Part shown: piece after piece, positions 1-11,249 of the stretch
Layout: each line of letters starts with the position of its first letter
How positions within the stretch are numbered: position 1 is the stretch's first letter
Source: Octopus sinensis
Taxonomy: Eukaryota
Length of the DNA: 38,193 nt
Assembly (NCBI RefSeq): GCF_006345805.1
Contig: NW_021835868.1
Span: forward strand, 1 to 38,193
Reading direction: 5' to 3'
Notes under the pieces: generated by a model
What the model was told of the DNA's origin: nothing
Seen by the model: only the letters and a program-made list of their open reading frames with translations
The model's database searches: none
Made by a program: the position numbers and the translations under genes

Positions 1-289
1 AAATATACGCACAAACACATAGACATTGAGAACTGCATCCGGAAAGATGCATTGACAGAGATATATACCTCACATACATACACGGATACCAATCCACCCA
101 CACAAACATACACACACAAGCGCGAATACATATCTTTACATACTTATATATACACATGCACACACAAATACATATCCATATTCAGGGAAGCAACGATCTT
201 CCCAGCATAATCACCACTTTCTGTCTTCTTCTGATATTCAAATCCAACGAACTTGCTCACCGTATATATATTTATATACACACAACATT

Positions 290-325
290 CGTACACACAC
301 ATACACACACCACACACACACACAC

Positions 326-400
<75 letters not shown>
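290..400. repeat. (CA)n/(TA)n compound microsatellite
   Basis: Directly visible dinucleotide runs; source of the spurious HT/YI ORFs. Confidence 0.95.
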
Positions 401-1299
401 CTATATTGTCATAATAAAAGGGTAAGTTCTCAAGTATCGATGTACGTGTGATCTTTCGTATTTTTCCCTCTATACCTGCGTGAATTATTTGAGTATACAT
501 TGTCTGGGAGACTTTTTTATAGTAGAGGAAATAGCTAAATTTTGGGCTGCTATTTCTAAAAGTTCGGTGTGTGGTAAAGTAAATTATTTTACTGAACCCT
601 AATTATATAACGTAATATATATTTCTATATATATATATTTATACATAAACACACATGTATGCATACACTCGTGCATACACATATACGCACAAACACACAC
701 ACACGCACATATATATATATGTGTGTGTGTATGTGTGTATGTATATATAAGTATGTATGAATGTATAATGCATTTATATATGTATAAGTTGTAAAGATAA
801 TATATGGACACACTATCATGTTTATACTTTAAGAATTACACACTTTACACAATTCGATTTCTCCGCATTTCGGAAGCTACAGAAATACATAACATTGATA
901 AGCTGCAAAAACAGCGAAATGCGCATGTATCATTCGCGCACTTAATTCCGAGCTAGCTTCGTTTCGCCCATTTCTAAAGTATATTCTTATAACAATATGC
1001 TTTAGATGTGTTGAAACACATCACGTCTATAAAGCAATTTTTTCCCGGAAGAAAATTGTAGCTTCTGTATTTTAAACAGTATACATACAATAATTCTGTT
1101 ATGCATACAATGATTCTGTTATGCAGATAAAAAATAATTTGTTATTTTCTTTGCAGATATTTTTATAAATTTTCTGTTTTTACGCGATATATTTGCATTC
1201 ATACCGTACACATTTTATAATACATTCCCACTTGCATAAGCCTCTTGAGTAAATATAAAAATATAATCATCTTTCTATGAAAGATTCTGTTTGATATAC

Positions 1300-2750
1300 T
1301 CCATATCGAATGGCGTTTGAGAATAGTACTTCTTAATATTCATATCTAATTGAATGTGTCCAATAATATCTTATAATATCTTATAATAATTTCCCAGTTG
1401 CACAATGCCTCTATACGCCTGTATTGCTGTATTTGTGGTAAATATAAAATTTCTATATCATACCTTAGCAAGTGTGTTCTAAAAGCAGCCATTAATTTTC
1501 TGATATTTCTCCATAGATCTGCACGTTTATTTTCACCCCGTTGGGAATACTATAATTTGAAATGATTTCAGTGACCTCAACCTTAATGATAATTAGTACC
1601 GTATTATTAGCTTTTAGCTCTGTCTTAATTATCCACCCACCGTATTTTATGTCATATAAGATACAATTTGTCAAAAACAAATGCCTGAAGAAAATCTCTC
1701 TAAGTCCTTATTTACGTGCAGCTACTTTAATACAATTTATGGATCTTTTCGGTTTGAACGGCAGTTTTTAACATCATTTCTAGGTAACTAAAAAAATTTA
1801 AACTTCGTATACTGGTAGAATGGCTTTACTGAGAAAATTCTATAGTTTGTAAGAAATTTGTTTTTTTCCTTCAATTTCTGCAATTTCAACCAATCAGTGA
1901 CGTCTATTGAGTTAAAAAGCATTCTGTGCCGTATGAATATGTCCCTCGTTTAAGAAACAGATTGGGTTTATTTGCATTTTTGAAGAAAAAAGATGCCCTT
2001 CCCCCACCCCTAACCCTAACCTTAACACTAACTAACCCTAACCCTAAAAGAGATTGAAATGCAATAGATCGATTCTAGGGTCATAATTATGGGTGAGAAT
2101 TTCGTATGACAGCGCTAGAAAAAAACTGCCGTTCAAACCGAAAAGATCCCAATTTATTTCAAGCTTCACTGCTCTAACATGTGTTTTTCTCAGTATGTGC
2201 CGCTGAAATGTGGGGCACGTCAAATGGAGCCATCCGTCTTGTTTGCCATCACATACGTTTATTCGCTTCCACTATTCCCTTCTAAAGTTGTCATTCCTTT
2301 GTGTATTCTATTCCATTGATTCCCAAATAATTCCGAGGCTTTGTTTGGCTTAATTCTTTTATCTCAGCTTCTGTATCTATCACGATATCAGTATTCTATT
2401 TGCTGTTGGTGCCGTATTGATTTCTATTATAGTTTTACTGTGTTCTTGAAATCGATTAGGGGCTCAAATTGAACTGCGTGTTTTGTTCAAAGAATCGTTG
2501 GCGTTTTTAATACTAACGGATTCTTTGTAATTTTAGCGAGGACCCCTTGTTTCAAACCTTCTTTGATTTCGGATACATTTTATTATGTAATATTTTTACA
2601 ATATAATATAAAATGCCCCGTTTTTAAGTTATGTCATTCTGTTATTGATTTTATTAACGATTAAACCATTTCCCCTTTATTTTCTAAAGTATATTCTGTA
2701 TATTTCTTTATTTTCCAGTTATAGCTTTGCATTTTTGATATTCGTACTAC
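1300..2750 (-). mobile_element. Degraded non-LTR retrotransposon ORF (R4/Dong-like RLE-type LINE), interrupted by a MITE
   Basis: Minus-strand hand translation, in expected order across stops and frameshifts: 'IKELSQTKPRNYLGI' (~2310-2365; cf. IKEL...YKYLGI), 'IKTELKANN' (~1605-1635; cf. LKTELNAKN), 'DIEILYLP' (~1435-1460; cf. DIERLYLP). Boundaries approximate. Confidence 0.55.
1741..2149. mobile_element. 409-bp non-autonomous DNA transposon (MITE) with 29-bp TIRs and 8-bp TSD; Merlin-like by end signature
   Basis: Perfect TIRs GGATCTTTTCGGTTTGAACGGCAGTTTTT (1741-1769) and its reverse complement (2121-2149); flanking direct repeat CAATTTAT at 1733-1740 and 2150-2157. Superfamily is an inference from GG-starting TIRs plus 8-bp TSD (hAT or P also give 8 bp). 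Confidence 0.88.
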
Positions 2751-2897
2751 AATGGATCGCGGGTGGTGATGGTGGCGATGGTTGTGGTACTGGGGGAAGC
2801 TAGGTACCCGCTTTCCTTTCTAACTACAGTGTTTGTTTCATTCATATATTACTGCATTTAGAATGACAGTATCGATAATTTTTTTCTAATAAATATA

Positions 2898-3040
2898 GGC
2901 GCAAATATGGCTTAGCGGTTAAGAAGCTCGCTTCGCAATCACGTCGTTTTAGGTTCAGTCACACTGCGCAGCACCTTGCACCTTGCACAAGTCTCTTCTA
3001 TTACAGCCCCGGGACGACCTTTGCCTAACGAGCGAACTTA
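2898..3040 (+). mobile_element. tRNA-derived CORE-type SINE (family B), head fragment
   Basis: A-box-like TGGCTTAGCGG, B-box-like GGTTCAGTC, then CORE-like 'ctgcgcagcaccttg...caagt'; similar to copies at 28155, 29585 and 36437. Confidence 0.75.
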
Positions 3041-3079
3041 AAATACGCAAATACACCACACACACACACGCGCACACAA

Positions 3080-3110
<31 letters not shown>

Positions 3111-3122
3111 CATGTATATATT

Positions 3123-3304
3123 GCTTGCCAACCACATCGTTCAAGTTCCGATACACTGCATGGCACCTCGAGCAAGTGTCTTCTACAATAGTTGGGACAA
3201 CCAAAGTATTGTGAGTGTCTCTAGCAGGTGGAAACAGAAAGAAGCCCGTCGTATATACATGCATACATAATACATACATATGTCTCTCTCTCTCTCTCTC
3301 TCTC

Positions 3305-3342
<38 letters not shown>

Positions 3343-3725
3343 GTATGTATTATATATGTATGTTGTATGTATGTATGTATGTATGTATGAATGTATGTTA
3401 TATGGATATTGGAATGGATGGATGGAGTATGGAGGATGGATGGATGGATGGCTGATGATGATGGATGGCTGGATGATGGATGGTGGATGGAGGATGGTGG
3501 ATGGATGGATGGATGGATGGATGGATGGTGGATGGATGGATGGATGGATGAATGGATGGATGGATGGATGGATGGATGGATGGATGGATGGATGTGTATA
3601 TTTGTGTGTGTGTCTATGTGTTTGTCCCACAAAGAATAATTCTTGGAGTTGATTTCTTCGACTTAAATGCGGTGCTCGAGCATGGCCGCAGTCAAATTAC
3701 TGAAACAAGTTAAAGAATGAAAGAA
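3123..3725 (+). mobile_element. SINE family B copy with microsatellite-expanded middle
   Basis: Head/CORE 'gcacctcgagcaagtgtcttcta...gaaagaagcccgtcgtatata', then (CT)/(TA)/(GTAT)/(GGAT) runs, then tail 'gcggtgctcgagcatggccgcagtcaaattactgaaacaag'. Confidence 0.75.
3410..3595. repeat. (GGAT)n tetranucleotide microsatellite
   Basis: Directly visible; source of the WMDG/HPSI ORFs. Confidence 0.95.
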
Positions 3726-4439
3726 CATGCACTGTGTGTATGTGCGTATGTTTGCGTGTGTGTGCGCGTGTTTGTGCCTGGGCTTCCCACCGCCACAGAA
3801 CCGTTGTTTATAGACGCTCTTCTAACTTAGCGCTTCCGCAAATGAAATCCGATAGAATACTTTCCAGACATAAGAATAGAAAATGAATAAGAACTGGGGA
3901 GATTTGCGCGACTAAGAACTTTGAAAGGTGTACTCCAGCATGGCCGTAGTCCAGTGACTGACTGAAGTACAAGATAAAAAATGATAACAGTTTATTTCCT
4001 TGGCATCGGAATGATGGAAGACACAAAACAATTAAAACCTTCACTCGGTTTGAGATCAGAATAGGCATAAACGCGTGACTTTATTCGGCATTTTCTTTTG
4101 ATCGACGCACTACCTAGTCGGCCTACGTGCAGCCCTTATTTTCGCTAAACCTATTAATGATAAAACAACCAATTTGTGGTTTAAGTAAAAGCACTTGCAG
4201 TAATGTTTAACTGTTCAGGTAAAAGCATCGGAAAAATATAAAACCTTCTGAAAAACTACACTTCCATAATTTCAGAAAGGAAAATTGCATTAATCTTGAA
4301 AAAACCGAAGAAAGAGAAGAAAAGAATTTTTATAAACCTTCAGATCTATAGAACAATAGGGTTACCTCACTAAAATACTTCTCTGAAGACATTATATCAA
4401 TGTAATCGTTGCAGAAATAGATAAATGCTTTCCTGACAG

Positions 4440-4489
4440 AGTATAATAATAAAAAAATAATAATAATAATAATAATAATAAAATAATAA

Positions 4490-4530
<41 letters not shown>

Positions 4531-4638
4531 GTGATAATAATAATCATAATAATAATAATAAATAATAATAATAATAATAATACAATAATAATAATAATAA
4601 TATATATACTAACAATAGTAATAATAACAAAATATATA

Positions 4639-4675
<37 letters not shown>

Positions 4676-4690
4676 TAATAATAATGATAA
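4440..4690. repeat. (AAT)n microsatellite
   Basis: Directly visible. Confidence 0.97.
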
Positions 4691-5080
4691 AAGCCTCCTT
4701 TACCGCAAGAACATACAAAATGTTAGGAAGCTTACTAGGTCTGCTAAAATCAGAATAAAACCATGAATGAAAATAATGGAAAAAGAAAGTCGCAACTGAA
4801 GACTGTAAGTTTAGTGGATACAGAAAAAAAAGGAATTTAAGGAACGCAAGGATTGATTACCGGAAACCTTTGACAGAATTCCTAACTAATGGATTCCTAG
4901 ATACAGTATTGGTAAGTGAGGTCGCATCCAATAATCAGCAGGTACATTAAATCTTGCTGCAATAAATGTATAATAAAAAAAATATATGGCACTTCAGAAA
5001 ACCGAATGAAAAAGGAGCTACCATAAATAATCAATATTCTTCCAAATTGCCGTGAGAGGGAGCCACTATGTTGTTGGAAA
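4690..5080 (+). mobile_element. Degraded RT fragment, R4/Dong-like LINE
   Basis: Hand translation: 'TARTYKMLGSL' (~4700-4735), then 'EDCK...KRNLRNARIDYRK' frameshifting into 'FDRIPN*WI' (~4797-4895); matches the RT motif NLxxAWIDYxKAFDSVPHxWI. Confidence 0.65.
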
Positions 5081-5529
5081 ATATATTAGAAATAATAGTC
5101 AATTCTCCTTCAAATTCCGATTTGCTTTTTTTTAACGAAAGTGGAACGGACGAAAGTATGCATTAAATAATGTAGTCTTGGTATCGCAGAAAAGAAAAAT
5201 AATCGATCGGAGATCGAGAGCCATTGATCATATATATATTGAGATCAAATATATTCTGGGGCCAAACATGAACGCCCAACAACAGCAATCTCTTAGCTAG
5301 AGCACACAACAGTCACACAAAAGTTCCTCAAATGCTATCCTATTATTTAAATAGGAAAGAAACACATATTTATGTATTGTAATCATAGTATTTCTAAAAA
5401 TACAAGCTACTAATCTCTGATGTGCTGTTTATTCTATTTTCACGTCGATCAGACATGATCGTGAACCAATCAACAACTTCACTATTGGTTTCAAATGTTG
5501 CCATAAGGACAGCAATTTCAGTGGAGAAA

Positions 5530-5686
5530 GGGAATCGATTTTATCGAACCCAGTGCTCAACTGCTACTTATTTTACTGACCCCGAAAGGATGAAAGGCAA
5601 AGTCGACCTAGGCAGAATTTTAACTCAAAACAGTTGGGACAGATGAAATGCATTTTACCCGGCATGCTAACGATTCTGCCGGCTGC
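5530..5686 (-). mobile_element. tRNA-derived SINE family A
   Basis: Reverse complement of the family-A core 'gtcgactttgcctttcatcctttcggggtc...agtaccag' plus head 'gcagaatcgttagcatgccggg'. Confidence 0.85.
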
Positions 5687-5733
5687 ATTCAACTATGTAA
5701 TATCAATATCAATATATATAGATATATATATAT

Positions 5734-5975
5734 AGTGGTTAGGGCAGCGGACTTGTGGTCGTAGGATCGCGGTTTCGATTCCCAGACCGGGCGTTGTGAG
5801 TGTTTATTGAGCGAAAGCACCCAAAGCTCCACGGCTCTGAAAGGGGGTGGTGGTGATCCCTGCTGTACTCTTTCGCCACAACTTTCTCTCACTCTTTCTT
5901 CTGTTGGCTTGCTCGCTTAGCCAGCGGGGTGGCGTCATTTGAAGGCTAAAACAATGCGAAGCGCATTGTGACCAG
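5734..5975 (+). mobile_element. tRNA-derived SINE family C, tail type 1
   Basis: Head AGTGGTTAGGGCAGCGGAC...GGTTTCGATTCCCAGACCGGG (B box), body near-identical to 7590 and 26282 copies; tail 'ggcgtcatttgaaggctaaaacaatgcgaagcgcattgtgaccag' shared with the 32780 copy. Confidence 0.9.
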
Positions 5976-6704
5976 TACCGGATCGATCCCAAAATCTAAT
6001 CAGTTCGTACCAGTCACCGGGCGAGACATCTCTCATGTTTCATCCGAATCCATCCAGGGACAAACAAGCAAATAAACACGACTGAAAACAATACCATGGA
6101 GGTAAAAATGAACGAATTTAACTAGTAACCCCATAAAATTTGGAGCACATAGTTGAAATGTATTTGGAAAGCAATAAAACCTATTAGAAATGTATCAGAG
6201 TTTTCTAAATGTTATTCAGACGTAAACTTCAAAATATTTATTTGGACAACTGATCGGTCGTTGACTTTCAAACATTAACATCTATTAATAATAAACTGAT
6301 AACCAATCATAGTTTACCAGAAAGAAGTCTGATCGAAAATATTAAATTTTAAACGTTAGGTAAATTACCAATATATATGGTTATTATAAAGTTCATTCAT
6401 AATTCATACGGAAATTGTAATAAATTAGTTCTATATATGGTAAATTTAATCTGTGTGGGAAAAATAAGTGAGAGAATTTATTATTTCTATAACGAGATAT
6501 ATTCTTGAAAATGTTAATTTCCTCTGTGTCCACCGTCGGTAGATATATATGGAACGTGATACCATTCTCGACTACGAAACGTACACCGTGTAGTAGAAAG
6601 AAGAGTGTTTTAGCTTGCATGACGCATTGTGATAAAAAGGCAAAAAATTTAAATATTCCATCTACTAGAGGCACAAGGTCCGAAATATTTGAGGAGGGGC
6701 TAGT

Positions 6705-7061
6705 TGATTAGATCGACCGTCATTACGCGAACGGTACTTAACTTATCGACCCCGAAAAGATGAAAGGCAAAGTCGACCTCGGCGGAATTTGAAATCAGAA
6801 CGTAAATACAGACGAAATACCGCTAAGCATTTCATCCGGGGTGCTAACGTTTCTTATTTCTTTATTGCCCACAAGGGCATAGAGGGGACAAACAAGGACA
6901 GGCAAAGGGATTAATTCGATAACATCGACGCCAGTGCGTAACTGGTACTTAATTTATCGACCCCGAAAGGATGAAAGACAAAGTCGACTTCGGCGGAATT
7001 TGAACTCAGAACGTAACGACAGACGAAATATCGCTAAGTATTTCACCCGGCGTGCTAACGT
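6705..7061 (-). mobile_element. SINE family A, two tandem units
   Basis: Two copies of 'atcgaccccgaaa.gatgaaag.caaagtcgac.tcggcggaatttgaa.tcagaacgtaa' (~6745-6810 and ~6955-7020). Confidence 0.9.
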
Positions 7062-7062
7062 C

Positions 7063-7382
7063 GATAAATGAAGTACCAGTTCGGGATCGATAAATTAAGT
7101 ACCAGTTGCAAACTGGAGTCGATCTAATCGACTACCCCACTCCTCTCACCAAAAATTTTGGACCTTGAGCCTAGAGTAGAAAAGAATCGTTAGCACGCCG
7201 GACGAAATGCTTAGCAGTATTTCGTCTGTCTTCACGTTCTGAATTCGAATGCCACCGGGGTCGACTTTACCTTTCATCCTTTAGGGGTCGATAAATTATG
7301 CACCAGTGAAACACTGGGGTCGAAATAATAACTTAATCCCACCCCTATAATTTCAGGCCTTGTGCCTACAGTAGAAAGGATT
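7063..7382 (+). mobile_element. SINE family A, partial tail plus near-complete unit
   Basis: 'gaatcgttagcacgccggacgaaatgcttagc...gtcgactttacctttcatcctttaggggtcgataaatt...caggccttgtgcc'. Confidence 0.85.
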
Positions 7383-7589
7383 TGATCTAAGATCAAAAGG
7401 CTAAAATAAACAAGATACACTTTTTTTTCCTAAGTCCTCCCCATTTCATTATCTTCCCTAGTAAAATATTTTCCTCGAGCATTGGGACTTACAAAGCCAG
7501 TTTCCCGGTTTTCTTGACGCTTAAGTAATTTAGTTACAACATTCCCTCTTAATGTAACACCGGTCCTTTGCATGGTTCAAGGAAATCAG

Positions 7590-7967
7590 TGGAAGCGCAA
7601 TGGCCCACTGGTTAGGGCAGCGGACTCGCGGTCGTAGGATCGCGGTTTCGATTCCCAGACCGGGCATTGTGAGTGTTTATTGAGCGAAAACACCTAAAGC
7701 TTCACAAGGCTCCTGCAGGGGGAGGTGGTGAACCCTGCTGTACTCTTTCACCACAACTTACTCTCACTCTTACTTCCTGTTTCTGTTGTACCTGTATTTC
7801 AAAGGGCCAACCTTGTCACACTCTGTGTCACGCTGAATCTCCTCGAGAACTACGTTAAGGGTACGCGTGTCTGTGGAATGCTCAGCCACTTGCACGTTAA
7901 TTCCACGAGCAAGCTGTTCCGTTGATCGTTTCAGCTGGGACCCTCATCCTCGTAACCGACGGAGTGC
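7590..7967 (+). mobile_element. SINE family C, full length, tail type 2
   Basis: A box TGGCCCACTGG, B box GGTTTCGATTCC, shared body, tail ending 'cctcatcctcgtaaccgacggagtgct'. Confidence 0.9.
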
Positions 7968-7999
7968 TTCTATCAAGGAAATCAATTCTGAGGAGACGA

Positions 8000-8160
8000 G
8001 AGAAATCGATGACATCAATTCCAGTACTTGACTGGTACATAATTTTATCGACCCTGGAGTAATGAAAAGCTAAGTGGGACTTGGTGGGATTTGAACCCAA
8101 AGAACCAGAAGACTTGCTGCTAAATATTTTGCCCGACGTGCTAACGGTTCTGGCAACTTG
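8000..8160 (-). mobile_element. Diverged SINE family A
   Basis: 'ctggtac...ttttatcgaccc...gaaaagctaagtgggac...ggatttgaac...cccgacgtgctaacggttctggc'. Confidence 0.65.
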
Positions 8161-8427
8161 TTGCTTCCTTTCTTCTCATCAATCATACAATGATGGTTTT
8201 ATAGATATTTTGTCCACGTGTTTTTTTGTTGTTGTTGTTGTCGTTGTTTTTTTCTGTAAACCGCAAATTTTATTTTTATTCTCTTCTGGAAATATGTCAT
8301 ATGTTTATGCCAAGCCAAAAAAAAAAACTGAAGTTCGATGGTTTGCATCAATCCATATTCCATATTCCACGGAGGAAAAGAAGGATATTTACTGTCTAGA
8401 ATTGACACTTTGTTTGTCAGAGAAATA

Positions 8428-8662
8428 CAGTTCTTCTTCTCCATCATTATCGTCTTCTTCTTCATCATTCTTCTTCTTCTTCTTCTTCTTCTTCTTCTTC
8501 TCTTTCTTCTTCTTCTTCTTCTTCTTCTTCTACATCTTCTTCTACATCTTCTTCATCTTCTTCTTCTTCTTCTTCTTCTTCTTCTTCTTCTTCATCATCA
8601 TCATCTTCTTCTTCTTCTTTTCTTCATCTTCTTCTTCTTCTACTTCCTCTTCTTCTTCTTCA
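8428..8662. repeat. (CTT)n microsatellite
   Basis: Directly visible; source of the 218-aa poly-F/S ORF. Confidence 0.97.
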
Positions 8663-9082
8663 CTCCTTTCACAAAAAACCCCAACAGAACAGAAGCGTCA
8701 ATATCCCACATCTCCCCAAAGACATGTCTCCACATAACTTTCCGACGTCGTTCTATAGGAAAACCTTCTACCTAAACATTAGCTTCAAAACAAAAACCTA
8801 ATTTTAAAATACAAATTTATGTATAGCAGCAATTGAGTGAGCAACATATAGTATACAAAAAGAAGAATTTTACCAAAATACACAATTTATTCAACCCCAG
8901 AAGCATCACTGAATATAATTATTCCTACTCAAATTATCATCTGTCTAATATGAAATTGGTTTTCTTTGGCGCGAAGAAACTGACAACGAGAAAGTAAAAG
9001 TGAAAGTAAAAACAAAATCCAGGAATCTGCTAGAAATAAATCTCAGGTATGGAATATCTACGACTATGTACTTGTATAGGTG

Positions 9083-9360
9083 TAGGTGTGGTTCCATGGC
9101 TAAGAGGCTCGCTTAGAAACGACGTAGCTTCAGGTTCAGTTCCACTGCACAGCACTTTGAGCAAATGCCTTCTACTTGCCCTTTGAGTAAATTTCTTAGA
9201 CGGGAACTGTATGGAAGCCTGCCGTAAAAGAATACGCGACAATAATTACCAGAATTTGAAAAGAATTACTAAGAACAAAGGCAGATTAGTTCTACTAAAA
9301 CACGTTAAGGCGGCGCTGTCGTATGGCTGTAGTTCAATGAGTGAGACAAGTAAACGATAT
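9083..9360 (+). mobile_element. Diverged SINE family B
   Basis: 'ggctaagaggctcgctt...ggttcagttccactgcacagcactttgagcaaatgccttctac' and tail 'aaggcggcgctgtcgtatggctgtagttcaatgagtgagacaagtaaa'. Confidence 0.65.
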
Positions 9361-10529
9361 AAAAGATACTATTTCACCTAAATATGTCTCAGGTTTTTTC
9401 TTTCCATCTCTTTCTTTTGTGTGCTGTCCATGATCAATCATTTTAGATACATTGATTGTACAATGAGATCTTCTATATCACATTTCCTTTTCTCTTGATA
9501 TATTTCCACTCTGATATATATTGCTTTCTGTCTGGTTTTTAATCAAAATATAATTTCCCAGGTTATAAACAATGTTATAACGACAGAATGGCTGTAAGAT
9601 TCATATTCTTTAGATTTTCTTTTGTTTCGATGTTGCAACCTAAGGTTGGTTGGGGTTGTTAGTCTACATTATTCTATAAAGTGTATACGGCCGGTCACTT
9701 CCTCAAAGTACAACTCTTAACCTCATCATTGTGGGATGGTGAAACAAGTTACTGTCAGAGCAATGCCGTCGGGGACTTCGAGTACCTGGTAGCAGAAGTC
9801 TGACACCAAGGTGGAAAGGTCTGACACAGGAGGTGCTAGGTCCGTAACCCGGCTAACTGGATGGCAATGGTGAATTTCAGACGGCGTCTGTTCCAGAACC
9901 CGACGACTTCCTGGTGGCGTTGGCTCGCATCTGTGGGGTCAAACTGCGGCGAGAAGGTATAACCTGAGGAAAACTTCATAAGGCACCATACACCGGCCGT
10001 GTATGGTGCCTTATGAATTCAGAGGGAAACTGTTTTCGGTAACTTTGTTCTTCCCTTGGGACACCTGTGGACACAATGACGGGGTGAGCTCAGTAGGAAC
10101 CGGCTAAACCCCTGCTGTATGGATGCCGTTGAAAGACAAGTGAAGGCAAGATGGGGCCAGTTTCCCGATGTTCTCTGTTGTATATATTCCGCCCTGGACG
10201 TGACGTCGGTCCATCACAAGCTGTGTGGACGGGAGCAACATAAAAATGAAGTGCTTTCTTCAAGAATACAACGCATCGTCCGTTCCAGGAATCGAAACGA
10301 CGATCTTACGATTGCAAAAATTCCAGCGAGTTTTACGAATCGCTGGAGAATCGTAAGAAAGAAGTAAAGGCTTCGAGGGAGAAGAGTTGAACTGTGAAGA
10401 AGAAATAAAGTTGATGAACAGGTGAAAATAAGTGGTGATGCAGGTGGTATAAACAGAAAAATGGCTGTGGGCAGAACTTTTCGCTTTTCAGTGAACAGCA
10501 GGTACTAAGGAAAGAGAAGCAACAGGAAA

Positions 10530-10565
10530 ATATATATATATATATATTATACATATATATTATAA

Positions 10566-10653
<88 letters not shown>

Positions 10654-10787
10654 TATATTATATATATATATATAATATATATACATATATATGCATACTA
10701 CATATATATATATATATATTAATTTATATTTATATATATGTATATACATCTATATTTTTATATACATATATTTATGCATATATATAT

Positions 10788-10838
<51 letters not shown>

Positions 10839-10860
10839 TTATATACACACACACGAACAT
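10530..10860. repeat. (TA)n-rich microsatellite
   Basis: Directly visible. Confidence 0.95.
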
Positions 10861-10927
10861 ACACGCAAACACACACCACATGCACATATATCTCATCTCA
10901 TTTACATACAAGCCTCTCTATTTTTTT

Positions 10928-11249
10928 TACTCTTACTCTTTTACTTGTTTCAGTCATTTGACTGTGCTCATGCTGGAGCACCGCCTTTTTTAGTTGAGCA
11001 AATCGACCCCAGGACTTATTCTTTGTAAGCCTAGTACTTATTCTATCGGTCTCTTTTGCCGAACCACTAAGTTACGGGGACGTAAACACACCAGCATCGG
11101 TTGTCAAGCGATGTTGGAGGGGGAAAAACACAGACACACAAATATATATATATATATACATAACAAGTATATATACTTATATACGACGGGCTTCTTTCAG
11201 TTTCCGTCTACCAAATCCATTCACAAGGCTTTGGTCGGCAAGAGGCTAA
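10928..11249 (-). mobile_element. SINE family B, 5'-truncated, well preserved
   Basis: Reverse complement of body 'ccttgtgaatggatttggtagacggaaactgaaagaagcccgtcgtata' and of the complete tail through 'gactgaaacaagtaaaagagtaa'. Confidence 0.88.

Noticed and set aside
2008-2047. Interstitial telomere or chromosome-healing site
   Set aside because: Short, imperfect and enclosed within a TIR/TSD-bounded MITE.
7590-7665. tRNA gene
   Set aside because: A and B boxes are present but there is no complete cloverleaf, and it continues into a repeated SINE body; same for the other heads.
7988-8015. CTGAGGA-gacgaga-GAAA-TCGATG
   Set aside because: No stem II pairing and G at position 17.
9964-10045. 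CTGAGGA...long hairpin...GAAAC...GTA as a hammerhead
   Set aside because: No 10.1-11.1 closing pair and no stem I complement after the putative cut site.
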